From NCBI RefSeq assembly GCF_000015225.1, contig NC_008698.1, positions 120,001 through 152,000 of the forward strand: a stretch of DNA of 32,000 bases, read 5' to 3'. Shown piece after piece: positions 15,959 through 23,887 of the stretch. The translations under genes were made by a program, and so were the position numbers. Source of the stretch: Thermofilum pendens Hrk 5. GTDB taxonomy: Archaea > Thermoproteota > Thermoprotei > Thermofilales > Thermofilaceae. Within the stretch, counting starts at the first letter, position 1; each line of letters begins with the position of its first letter. A model generated the notes under the pieces. That model worked only from the letters and a program-made list of their open reading frames with translations. It searched no databases and had not been told where the DNA came from.

Positions 15959-16044
15959 CCCGAAGCCTTAAAAATCGAAAGAGAAATAAACTTTGCCGCG
16001 ACGCGCGAAAGCCTTTTTGCTCAGACATTGCTTGGTACTAGCAC
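15959..16044. promoter_or_regulatory. divergent promoter region (GT2 gene leftward, small protein/ogt operon rightward)
   Basis: A/T boxes are TTTATTTC (minus strand, about 30 nt from the ATG at 15958) and CCTTTTTGC (plus strand, about 28 nt from the GTG at 16045). Both genes would have very short leaders or none. Confidence 0.35.
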
Positions 16045-16305
16045 GTGGCTTACGAGCGGAGTGCTCCGCGCGCGCCCGGGAAAAGCGTTGAAGAGTGCAT
16101 GAAGAAAATGCTTGAATCCGCGCTGAGAGACCAGTTTAACGGCGTTGGGAGGGCGTTTATCTCGAGCCTCTTGGAGCAGGGCTTCACGCGAGACGAGGTG
16201 AGCGAAGCCGTCCGGGCTCTGAGCTCGCAGTACGAGGTAAGGGTGATCGGCGACGTCGTAAAGGTATACTTCGGGAAAGAGAAGAGAAGCAACGCTCCTA
16301 GGTGA
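16045..16305 (+). CDS. small hypothetical protein, possibly a helical/winged-helix-like fold
   Basis: 86-aa ORF with a GTG start at 16045; an alternative ATG at 16099 gives 68 aa. Its TGA overlaps the ogt start (GTGA at 16302-16305), which suggests translational coupling. Confidence 0.45.
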   Translation: MAYERSAPRAPGKSVEECMKKMLESALRDQFNGVGRAFISSLLEQGFTRDEVSEAVRALSSQYEVRVIGDVVKVYFGKEKRSNAPR

Positions 16306-16763
16306 GAGTAGTGGTGAATATTGAAGCTTCGTGTTTTTCCACGCCTATAGGGGAGCTTTGCGGCATCGTCAGGGGGAACGTTGTACTCTACCTGCATAGA
16401 CCGCTCCTGCTCTCAGGCGTTACTCGCGGAGAGTTCGCGGAGAGGTTGAGGAGGGAGATCGAGGAGTACTTTTCCGGGAGGAGGAAAAGCTTCTCGTTTA
16501 GACCTCTGATTAGAGGATCAGCCTTGAGGAAAAAGGTCTTCGAGGAGGTTTTGAGGATCCCCTACGGATCCACCATTACGTACGGAGAGCTCGCCGCGAG
16601 GGTTGGATCGAGCCCGAGAGCCGTTGGGAGAGTGCTCTCAGAGAATAGGATACTCCTAGTCATACCCTGCCACAGGGTGGTAGCATCGAAAGGCGTCGGT
16701 GGTTACGCTTTTGGGGTCGAGGCTAAGAAGTACCTTTTAAGGCTGGAGGCAAGTAACCGGTGA
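16302..16763 (+). CDS. ogt: methylated-DNA--protein-cysteine methyltransferase
   Basis: Active-site PCHRVV, YGELA helix-turn-wing region, and about 150 aa in total. Confidence 0.9.
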   Translation: MRVVVNIEASCFSTPIGELCGIVRGNVVLYLHRPLLLSGVTRGEFAERLRREIEEYFSGRRKSFSFRPLIRGSALRKKVFEEVLRIPYGSTITYGELAARVGSSPRAVGRVLSENRILLVIPCHRVVASKGVGGYAFGVEAKKYLLRLEASNR

Positions 16764-16773
16764 GAGCCTAACG

Positions 16774-17676
16774 GTGATGCGCGTGCCTAAGAAGCTGGTA
16801 AGCTTTTGGGGTAAGGGGGGTGTCGGGAAGACTACTCTTTCCTCGGCTGTTGCAGTCTCGCTTTCGAAGATGGGTTACAGGACGTACCTCTTGTCCTCCG
16901 ACTTTGTGCCCTCGTTGCAGGACGTTCTAGGCGTGGAGCTTTCCCGGGAGCCCTTGGAGCTTTCCGAGAACCTCGTGGTAGACCAGCTCTTCGAGGAGAA
17001 AGTTATCGAAATGTGGAAAGAGAGGTTCGGGGAGGAGGTCTACAGGGTCGCGTCGAGCATTTTCCCCGTGGGCAGGGAGATAATAGACTACGTGGCCGGT
17101 GCCCCCGGTATAGTCGAGGAGTTCACGCTCTACTACATCTACGAGCTCTACAGGAACGAGGACTTCGATGTCCTCGTATGGGACACCATGGCTACGGGCG
17201 GGGGGTTGAGGATGCTCCGGATAGAGAAAGAGTTCTACGACCACCTAGGGGAAGCCGTGAAGCTCTACCTGAGAGTAAAGGGTGTCATCGACAGGATTAG
17301 AACGGGGTCCGAGGACCCCTTGAAGCTCATAGAGTCCTGGCGGGAGCTCGCCCAGAAGGTGTTAGACTTCCTTAGAGGAAGCCACCATGTAGCCTCTCTC
17401 GTTTCCCGTAGCCTCCCGGTGGACTACTACGTCGCTACCAGGGTGTACAGAGAGTTACTAGAGTTCGGGATTCCCGTAAAGATGCTGTTTGTAAACATGG
17501 TGTCAGGCTCCGCCGAGGAAAACCTCTACTTCAAAAAGTTCTACGACTCGTTCGGGGAGAAGTTGACACTGCTGAGAGTTCCCCGCGTCGACCCCTCCCC
17601 GAGGGGCATAGACAGCTTATCGAAACTACTGGAGAAAAACGACGTAGACACTATTCTAAGCCTCCTAGAGGGTTAG
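16774..17676 (+). CDS. ArsA/Get3-family P-loop ATPase, divergent
   Basis: Deviant Walker A GKGGVGKTT. LLSSDFVPSLQDVLG aligns by eye to the ArsA STDPA region. WDTMATGGGLRML occupies the place of the ArsA signature DTAPTGHT. The ATG at 16777 directly follows the GTG at 16774. Confidence 0.7.
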   Translation: MMRVPKKLVSFWGKGGVGKTTLSSAVAVSLSKMGYRTYLLSSDFVPSLQDVLGVELSREPLELSENLVVDQLFEEKVIEMWKERFGEEVYRVASSIFPVGREIIDYVAGAPGIVEEFTLYYIYELYRNEDFDVLVWDTMATGGGLRMLRIEKEFYDHLGEAVKLYLRVKGVIDRIRTGSEDPLKLIESWRELAQKVLDFLRGSHHVASLVSRSLPVDYYVATRVYRELLEFGIPVKMLFVNMVSGSAEENLYFKKFYDSFGEKLTLLRVPRVDPSPRGIDSLSKLLEKNDVDTILSLLEG

Positions 17677-17687
17677 CGTTGTGCTAA

Positions 17688-17698
17688 GATTAAAATTC
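17688..17698 (+). promoter_or_regulatory. TATA-like box GATTAAAATTC for the DUF4129-MoxR-DUF58 operon
   Basis: The A/T box lies 29-39 nt upstream of the ATG at 17727, with GGAG between them. Confidence 0.4.
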
Positions 17699-17726
17699 TG
17701 GGCGTAAGGAGATAAGCGCGAAGTAG

Positions 17727-18626
17727 ATGAGAGCCGTATACGTTGCTCTCGCGGCGGCATATGTCGTTGCTGCTTTAGTTGTCGCCAGCTACGGGGTTAC
17801 CGGTTACTCGTTTCCAAGCATGAACATGGAGAACGTTTTCACGTGGATCGCTGTGGTCTTCCTTGTTCTTCTCGGCTACGAAGTAGCCCGTAATAGGAGG
17901 GAGATCTTGGAGATAATCCTGGAGATCTTTAGGCGTCGCCCCGCGAGGGACAAGGACTATACGCCCAGGATAAGTACCTTGGGGCTAATATTTCTCGCAA
18001 TGCTCCCCGTTCTCCTGGCTGTAATTCTTGAAAGGAACAGGGAGGAGAGGGGGCTCATGAATATAGGTACCGGTGTTCAATCGAACATTTCGGAACCTGT
18101 CAGCGCGCTTCCCGGAAACCTAACGGCTCCGCTGGCTAGCAGTACCGGCACAAGCGTCGGCGGTAGTCTTGTCGGCGTTTTTGCGCCTTTACCGCTGGTA
18201 CTTCTGGGGTTCGCGGTTCTCGTTGCTTTATCCCTTCTTCTAGCATACCGCGAAGCCCTCGGAGAAAGAAAGGAGGCACTGGGCGCGCCCCAGATTCTCG
18301 TTAAGGAAGAGCTTAAAGCGTCGTTGACGAGGATCGAGGATTACCCGGAGGGCGATGTAAGACTGGAGATAGTAAGGCTGTACAACTCGTTATGCAACGC
18401 TGTAAACGAGAAGGGGGCGAGGCTGGAGAAGTCCTGGACTGCTCGAGAGATAATGCGCTTCCTTTCAGACACGATGCCGTTCATCCCCGCTAGACCCTTG
18501 GAAAAGCTGACAGAGCTTTTCGAGCTCGCGCTTTACAGTAGACGCCCGTTAACGGAGAGAGACCGGGAGAACGCCGTTAGGTCGCTACGCGAGATACTCT
18601 CTGCCATAGATTCTGCGGAGAGGTGA
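17727..18626 (+). CDS. membrane protein with C-terminal DUF4129-type domain
   Basis: About four TM helices. The cytoplasmic C-terminus WTAREIMRFLSDT...LEKLTELFELALYSRRPLTERD matches the DUF4129 pattern found next to MoxR/DUF58/transglutaminase genes. It ends in the tandem stops TGA TGA. Confidence 0.65.
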   Translation: MRAVYVALAAAYVVAALVVASYGVTGYSFPSMNMENVFTWIAVVFLVLLGYEVARNRREILEIILEIFRRRPARDKDYTPRISTLGLIFLAMLPVLLAVILERNREERGLMNIGTGVQSNISEPVSALPGNLTAPLASSTGTSVGGSLVGVFAPLPLVLLGFAVLVALSLLLAYREALGERKEALGAPQILVKEELKASLTRIEDYPEGDVRLEIVRLYNSLCNAVNEKGARLEKSWTAREIMRFLSDTMPFIPARPLEKLTELFELALYSRRPLTERDRENAVRSLREILSAIDSAER

Positions 18627-18629
18627 TGA

Positions 18630-18971
18630 GGAATCAAGGCTCGCAACCTACTCCTAGCACTTTTCTCTTCAACCTTCCTTGCCGTTCTCGCGGCAAGCTT
18701 CTACTACAGGGAATTAGAAAACTTCGTCTGGGTTCTTCTCGTAGTGTTCTCTGCCTGGCTCACGCTTAGAGCTCTGCACGCGATGCCTTTAAAGCTGCGC
18801 ATCGAGGAGAGAGAGGAGGGAGAAAACGAGGAAAGTCTTCTCGATAGGGTCGCGTCGGAGGTGAGCTCCGGGAAAAGCGTAGACCCAGAGAAGCTATGGA
18901 GAAAGGTTTTTCAGAGCGTGGGGACTACGGAGGTTGACGAGGATGGACGAGACTATCAAAGCTACGTTTGA
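18630..18971 (+). CDS. small 2-TM membrane protein with acidic C-terminal tail; start codon unresolved, possibly frameshifted
   Basis: Open frame GIKARNLLLALFSSTFLAVLAASFYYRELENFVWVLLVVFSAWLTLRAL... contains two clean TM helices. The first canonical start (GTG at 18744) falls inside TM2. The well-placed ATG at 18626 (TGATG overlap) is in another frame. Confidence 0.45.
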   Translation, partial: GIKARNLLLALFSSTFLAVLAASFYYRELENFVWVLLVVFSAWLTLRALHAMPLKLRIEEREEGENEESLLDRVASEVSSGKSVDPEKLWRKVFQSVGTTEVDEDGRDYQSYV

Positions 18972-19902
18972 GAGAGTTTTCTCCGAGGTTGAGAAAGCCG
19001 TTGTAGGCAAGAGGAGAGTCGTGGAAAGATTGCTCGTGGCCCTCCTTTCCGGGGGGCACGTGCTGATAGAGGATTTTCCCGGGATGGCTAAGACTCTGCT
19101 TGCATCCTCCTTTGCGAAGGCCCTCGACCTAGAGTTTAAGAGAGTGCAGTTCACGCCGGACCTCTTGCCGTCCGACATAACGGGTAGCCATGTCTACGAC
19201 ATGCACAGCTCGACGTTCAGGTTTCGGCGCGGTCCAATATTTACCAATATCCTGCTGGCAGACGAGATTAATAGGGCTCCCCCGAAGACTCAGAGCGCCC
19301 TTCTAGAGGCTATGCAGGAGAGGCAAGTGACCGTTGACGGAGTAACGTTTGCACTCGAAGAACCCTTCATGGTCATCGCGACGCTCAACCCCATAGAGTT
19401 CGAGGGTACGTACCCTTTACCCGAAGCCCAGATGGACAGGTTTATGCTAAAGGTGAGGATGGGGTACCCGAGCAAGGAGGAGGAAATCCTGATACTGAGG
19501 AGGCGCCTCCAGAGGGGCACCGATAAGCCATCCATAGAGAAGGTGCTCTCGAAGAGCGACGTGCTAAGCATGATAAGGAAGGTCGAAGAGGTTTACGTGG
19601 ACGACGCCGTTCTCTCCTACATAGCCGAGATCTGCAGGGCTACCAGGAGCGTCAGGGACGTCGAGGTGGGCGTGAGCCCGCGGGGCACCGAGGCCTTGAT
19701 GAAAGCTAGCCGTGCGTTAGCGTTTATCAGGGGGAGAGACTTCGTTCTACCCGATGACGTCAAGGAGGTTGCAGTCGAAGTGCTCGCCCACAGGATCGTC
19801 TTGAGGACGGAGTCGCTTGTGCGAGGAGTGTCTCCGGAGGATATCGTGAGGCGCGTTTTAGACGAGGTAGAAGTGCCGAGGAGCGTCGGTGCGTCGCGTT
19901 GA
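18943..19902 (+). CDS. moxR: MoxR-family AAA+ ATPase
   Basis: Walker A-like FPGMAKT, Walker B and sensor region LLADEINRAPPKTQSALLEAMQE, and ATLNPIEFEGTYPLPEAQMDRF. The ATG at 18943 has GGAGGT 9 nt upstream; the track TTG at 18934 is the alternative. Confidence 0.9.
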   Translation: MDETIKATFERVFSEVEKAVVGKRRVVERLLVALLSGGHVLIEDFPGMAKTLLASSFAKALDLEFKRVQFTPDLLPSDITGSHVYDMHSSTFRFRRGPIFTNILLADEINRAPPKTQSALLEAMQERQVTVDGVTFALEEPFMVIATLNPIEFEGTYPLPEAQMDRFMLKVRMGYPSKEEEILILRRRLQRGTDKPSIEKVLSKSDVLSMIRKVEEVYVDDAVLSYIAEICRATRSVRDVEVGVSPRGTEALMKASRALAFIRGRDFVLPDDVKEVAVEVLAHRIVLRTESLVRGVSPEDIVRRVLDEVEVPRSVGASR

Positions 19903-21131
19903 CAGTTAAGGCTGTTGCCACCATTGCGGGTAGCGCGGCGACCCTCCTGGTAGCAGTCCTAGCACAGAGGTGGTTCGTGGCCCTCTTTTCCGTGCCACTC
20001 CTGCTACCTCTGTTTGCCTCGCTTCTCTACGTTCACCCCTCGGAAAAGCACATTGTAGCAGAGAGAGTTGTGCCCAGGTCGAACTTTGTAGCGGGAGACA
20101 CTGTGCGCGTAGAGATTTCGGTCCGGAACGTCTCGAACCGGAGCGTGGTGCTCGAAGTACGGGAAAAGCTGGGCGAAGGGCTCCGCCTAGTGGGCGGTGA
20201 CACGGTAATGCTGAGCGTCTTGAAGCCTCACCAGGAAAAGAGGTTTACGTACTACGTGACGGCGGATAGAAGGGGCCACTACGACCTAGGACCCCTGGAA
20301 GTCTACTCCCTCGACCCCTTCCTGTTTACGCGTGTAAAAGTGAAGGAGTATGGGGCGGAAAGGCTGACGTTTTTCCCGAAGATACGTAGGATCGACTACA
20401 TACCTATGCCCGCCGCTCGTACAACGCTTCTCCCGGGAGAGGCTATGTCGAATGCTCCGGGTGAAGGTTTCGAGTTTATGGAAGTGGGCGAGGCGCGGGG
20501 TAGCGGGCTCAGGAGGATCAACTGGAAGGCTACCGCCAAGACAGGTAGGCCTATGGTTAACGTTTACCTGGGGGAGAGGTCCGCTGAGTGCCTCATCGTG
20601 CTCGACGTTCCCTCGAGTAGGTTGCTGGGCCGGGCACTCACAGAGGTGCTCGTTGACAAGATGGTCGAGTACACGGGAAGCCTTGCCTACTACTTGACCC
20701 GCAGGGGTAACAGGGTGTCGCTACTGGTGGTAGGACACTATAGGGACTGGGTAAAGCCGGGGTTCGGTAAAAGGCACTTTTTGAGGATTCTCCACTCCCT
20801 AGCCGACGTCAAAAGTCTGGAGACAAAAACCCTGGTGGATTACTCCGAGGTGTTTAGCCGCGTTGCTCCGTTCCTGGCGAAGAGCAGGTCGCTCGTCTTC
20901 ATAGTGTCAACGTTTACCGAGAAAGCCGCATTCGAGATCCTCGGGGAAGCCGAGAGGAGCGGCTACGTCGTGCGACTAGTAGCGATCAACCCTTTCAACT
21001 CCGTAGCCGAGCACTGCGAAAAGGATAAGCTCGAGCCGTTGAAATTGCTGAGCGATGCCTGGGAGTACGGTCTTCCGAGGGTTTTGAGCAGAGGATCTCC
21101 GAGAACTAAGCTTTTAAGCGGTGGGGGATGA
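19899..21131 (+). CDS. DUF58 family protein (MoxR partner, vWA-like)
   Basis: Two N-terminal TM helices, then an Ig-like segment (GDTVRVEISVRNVSNRSVVLEV). DUF58 core RRINWKATAKTGRPMVNVYLGERSAECLIVLDV. The TTG start overlaps the MoxR stop (TTGA). Confidence 0.85.
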   Translation: MTVKAVATIAGSAATLLVAVLAQRWFVALFSVPLLLPLFASLLYVHPSEKHIVAERVVPRSNFVAGDTVRVEISVRNVSNRSVVLEVREKLGEGLRLVGGDTVMLSVLKPHQEKRFTYYVTADRRGHYDLGPLEVYSLDPFLFTRVKVKEYGAERLTFFPKIRRIDYIPMPAARTTLLPGEAMSNAPGEGFEFMEVGEARGSGLRRINWKATAKTGRPMVNVYLGERSAECLIVLDVPSSRLLGRALTEVLVDKMVEYTGSLAYYLTRRGNRVSLLVVGHYRDWVKPGFGKRHFLRILHSLADVKSLETKTLVDYSEVFSRVAPFLAKSRSLVFIVSTFTEKAAFEILGEAERSGYVVRLVAINPFNSVAEHCEKDKLEPLKLLSDAWEYGLPRVLSRGSPRTKLLSGGG

Positions 21132-21135
21132 GCTG

Positions 21136-21624
21136 ATGAGGCTCGAGTCATACTTGGGGGCGCTCGTTGTTTTCGCGCTACTACTTGCGGAGAGCCTTTC
21201 GGCGGGCAACGCCGTCGCCACGATCTTTCTATCCGCGCTTGCAATGGTTTTCTCGGCGTCGCTCTTGACGGGTAACGCTTCCGCCGTGAACGTTGTAGCA
21301 AGTATTTACTGTGTCTCGCTATCCGTCGCAGCGGTACTGGACTTTCCTCTCCCGGTGCTTCTAGCAGAGCTATTCACGGTGCTCGTAGCTAGGGATCTCT
21401 TCTCCATACTCGCGTACGGAGAAAGAGCGGGCACCGCTTACCTTTTGAAGGTGTACCTTCCCCTTTACTCGCTAGCAGCAATAGCGGTTTATGTGTGGCT
21501 ACAGGTTAGGAAAAGTACTTCGGCGTTCGCTTCCTTCCAGCTTGTCGCAGCTTCGGGTTTCGTAGCCCTACTAGTCCTGTACAAGGTTGCAGGGGACTTG
21601 AAGCGCGCCGTGAAGGAAGGCTAA
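21136..21624 (+). CDS. polytopic membrane protein, last gene of the MoxR operon
   Basis: About 5 hydrophobic helices and no recognisable motif. ATG at 21136; the GTG at 21121 would overlap the DUF58 stop. Confidence 0.6.
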   Translation: MRLESYLGALVVFALLLAESLSAGNAVATIFLSALAMVFSASLLTGNASAVNVVASIYCVSLSVAAVLDFPLPVLLAELFTVLVARDLFSILAYGERAGTAYLLKVYLPLYSLAAIAVYVWLQVRKSTSAFASFQLVAASGFVALLVLYKVAGDLKRAVKEG

Positions 21625-22265
21625 GAAAGGTTATAGAGCTTCTTCAACGCGGCGATAACGCGCGGCACCACCACGTCTGCCTGCTCGTTAGCCTCTATCC
21701 TTACAAGCTTCCCTCTACCCTCGTAGTATGCGATTATGGGCGTGAACTGCTCTCGGTACACCTTTAGGCGCTCGGATATGACCTCCGGTGTGTCGTCGCG
21801 GCGTTGCACCAGCGGACCCCCGCACTTGTCGCATATCCCCGGGATCTTCGGAGGCATGTACTTAACGTGGTATATCGCCCCGCACCGCGCGCAGATTCTC
21901 CTCCCGCTGAGCCTTTCGAGGATTACGCTGTCCTCGGCGTGGAAAAGCAATGCCCAGTCGGGCGGCGAAAACCTCTCTAGAGCTTCTGCCTGGACGATTG
22001 TTCTCGGGAAGCCGTCCAGGATGTACCCCCTCCTGCAGTCCTCCTGGAGGAGTCTGTGCCGTACAACCTCTATTACGAGGTCGTCGGGTACGAGAAGCCC
22101 TCTGTCTAGGTACTCTTTCACCCTTTTCCCCAGCTCCGTCCCTTTCTTTACTTCCTCTCTGAAGATGTCTCCCGTGGATATGTGAGGTATGCCGAACGTC
22201 TCCGAGACTGCTTTAGCGTAGGTACCCTTCCCCACCCCCGGTGGACCTATGAATACCAGCTTCAT
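21621..22265 (-). CDS. adk: adenylate kinase, long bacterial-type with 4-Cys zinc lid
   Basis: P-loop GPPGVGKGT, NMP-site LDGFPRT, lid CARCGAIYH...CDKCGG, and RRDD. The ATG at 22265 (MKLVFIG...) gives 214 aa; the track start at 22307 adds 14 residues. Confidence 0.9.
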   Translation of the reverse strand: MKLVFIGPPGVGKGTYAKAVSETFGIPHISTGDIFREEVKKGTELGKRVKEYLDRGLLVPDDLVIEVVRHRLLQEDCRRGYILDGFPRTIVQAEALERFSPPDWALLFHAEDSVILERLSGRRICARCGAIYHVKYMPPKIPGICDKCGGPLVQRRDDTPEVISERLKVYREQFTPIIAYYEGRGKLVRIEANEQADVVVPRVIAALKKLYNLS

Positions 22266-22441
22266 ACCCCGAAGCGATGCGCTCGAAGCTTTAAGTCCTT
22301 TTCGCATACTCGCAGAAGAGGGTGGCGCCGTAGGGCGATCCGCCCTTTCTAGCTTCCCAGCCCCCTTGCCTTAGGCTTATGAGTAGCGCGCGCCACGCAA
22401 AAAGGATAAATTCTTTTCCCTAGGTATTTAAGGCGAACAGG

Positions 22442-23887
22442 ATGAGCTGGCAGTACGAAGACCTTGTCGTGAAAGCGGTTTCTCACGGTGAAGCCTTAGG
22501 TGCAAGCTACGTGGAAGCCCGCTACCACCTCATAGCGCGGAGCGGCTTATCGTCCAGGAACGGGGAAGTGATAGGCGTTGAGAAGTCGTTCAGCCAAGGC
22601 ATAGCCATAAGAGTGATTGTCGACGGTTCGCTAGGTTTTGCCTCCACCAGTGTGCTCACGCCTGAAGGCGTTACCGGCGCAGTCGAAAAGGCTTATAAAA
22701 AGGCTAAGGCGCACGCCAAGCTACAGAAAAGGCCTATTGAGTTCAGCGATGAGCGTTTGGGAAGAGTTACCTACGAGGCCGTGGAGAAAAAGAGCCCGCG
22801 CGACGTGGACTTTCAGGAAAAGACCCGGTACCACCAGGAGCTGTGGAAGCTTGTAAGCGGTGCTATCTCGACGGCAAGGGTAGCCACTCTCACCTCCTTC
22901 TACGGGGAGAGCGTTGAAGAGAAGATAGTAGTCAACAGCGACGGAGCTTACGTGAAGAGCAGGGTGCCCAGGGTATCCCTCGGCTACAACGTGGTCGTAA
23001 CCTTGCCAAGCAAGGGGACGATACAGAGGTTCTTCTCGCACGCGGCGTCGGGCGGCTACGAGCTGGTGGATGCGTGGAAGGTGCACGAGTACCTGCCGGA
23101 GGACGTGAAGACCTTTGAGAAGATACTTCTCGAGGCTAAAAGCCCGCCCGTCGACAGGCCCGTCGACGTCATAGTTGGAAGCGAGATCGTCGGGCTCATG
23201 GTCCACGAGAGCTGCGGCCACCCCAGCGAGGCCGATAGGATTATGGGCAGGGAGGCGGCTCAGGCCGGTAAAAGCTTCATCAAGCCGAACATGCTGGGCG
23301 AGAGAATAGGCAGCGAGTACGCAACCGTAATCGACGACCCAACGATTCCGGGTAGCAACGGCTTCTACCTCTACGACGACGAAGGAGTTCCCGCGAGACC
23401 GCGGTACCTCTACAAGAACGGCGTAATAAACGAGTTTCTACACAACAGGTGGACGGCGAAGCTCTTCGGCACGCACAGCAACGCGGCTGCGAGAGCGATG
23501 AACCACGAGGGAGAACCCATAGTCAGAATGGCTAACACGTACTTTAAGCCGGGCGACTACACATTCGAGGAGCTACTCGAAGACGTGAAGTACGGCGTAT
23601 ATATTAAGAGCTACATGGAATGGAATATCGACGACGAAAGGTGGAGTCAGCGCTACGGCGGGCTTGAAGCCTACCTCATCGAGAACGGAGAGCTGAAGGG
23701 GCTCGTGAGAAACCCCGTGCTTGAGCTAACAACCAAGACGTTCTACTCGAGCGTGGACGCCGCCGACAGGAACCTGGAGTTCTACGCCGGTACGTGCGGT
23801 AAAGGTGAGCCCATGCAGGGAGTACCCGTGTGGTTCGGCGGTCCAAATGTACGTGTAAGGAACATTAAGCTGAGGGTGATTGGGTAA
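22442..23887 (+). CDS. tldD: TldD metalloprotease
   Basis: HExxxH-type site HESCGHPSEAD and C-terminal GTCGKGEP motif. It is 481 aa and paired with a PmbA gene. Confidence 0.9.
   Translation: MSWQYEDLVVKAVSHGEALGASYVEARYHLIARSGLSSRNGEVIGVEKSFSQGIAIRVIVDGSLGFASTSVLTPEGVTGAVEKAYKKAKAHAKLQKRPIEFSDERLGRVTYEAVEKKSPRDVDFQEKTRYHQELWKLVSGAISTARVATLTSFYGESVEEKIVVNSDGAYVKSRVPRVSLGYNVVVTLPSKGTIQRFFSHAASGGYELVDAWKVHEYLPEDVKTFEKILLEAKSPPVDRPVDVIVGSEIVGLMVHESCGHPSEADRIMGREAAQAGKSFIKPNMLGERIGSEYATVIDDPTIPGSNGFYLYDDEGVPARPRYLYKNGVINEFLHNRWTAKLFGTHSNAAARAMNHEGEPIVRMANTYFKPGDYTFEELLEDVKYGVYIKSYMEWNIDDERWSQRYGGLEAYLIENGELKGLVRNPVLELTTKTFYSSVDAADRNLEFYAGTCGKGEPMQGVPVWFGGPNVRVRNIKLRVIG

Noticed and set aside
18623-18629. 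GTGATGA (C-box-like, RUGAUGA) at the DUF4129 gene end, and CTGATGA at 21133-21139, as possible C/D box sRNA starts.
   Set aside because: No CUGA D or D' box within the following 60 nt in either case. The motifs are explained by tandem stop and start codons.
22322-22396. 75-nt segment in the adk/tldD divergent spacer. It is closed by a perfect 7-bp helix (GTGGCGC...GCGCCAC) and contains the hairpin GGGCG-ATC-CGCCC. The tRNA-like length raised the possibility of a tRNA or small RNA.
   Set aside because: It cannot be folded into a cloverleaf on either strand: there is no 7-nt T-loop, no D-arm and no anticodon arm. In GC-rich DNA a 7-bp complement is weak evidence. It may still be a structured leader or operator, but I cannot support an RNA gene.
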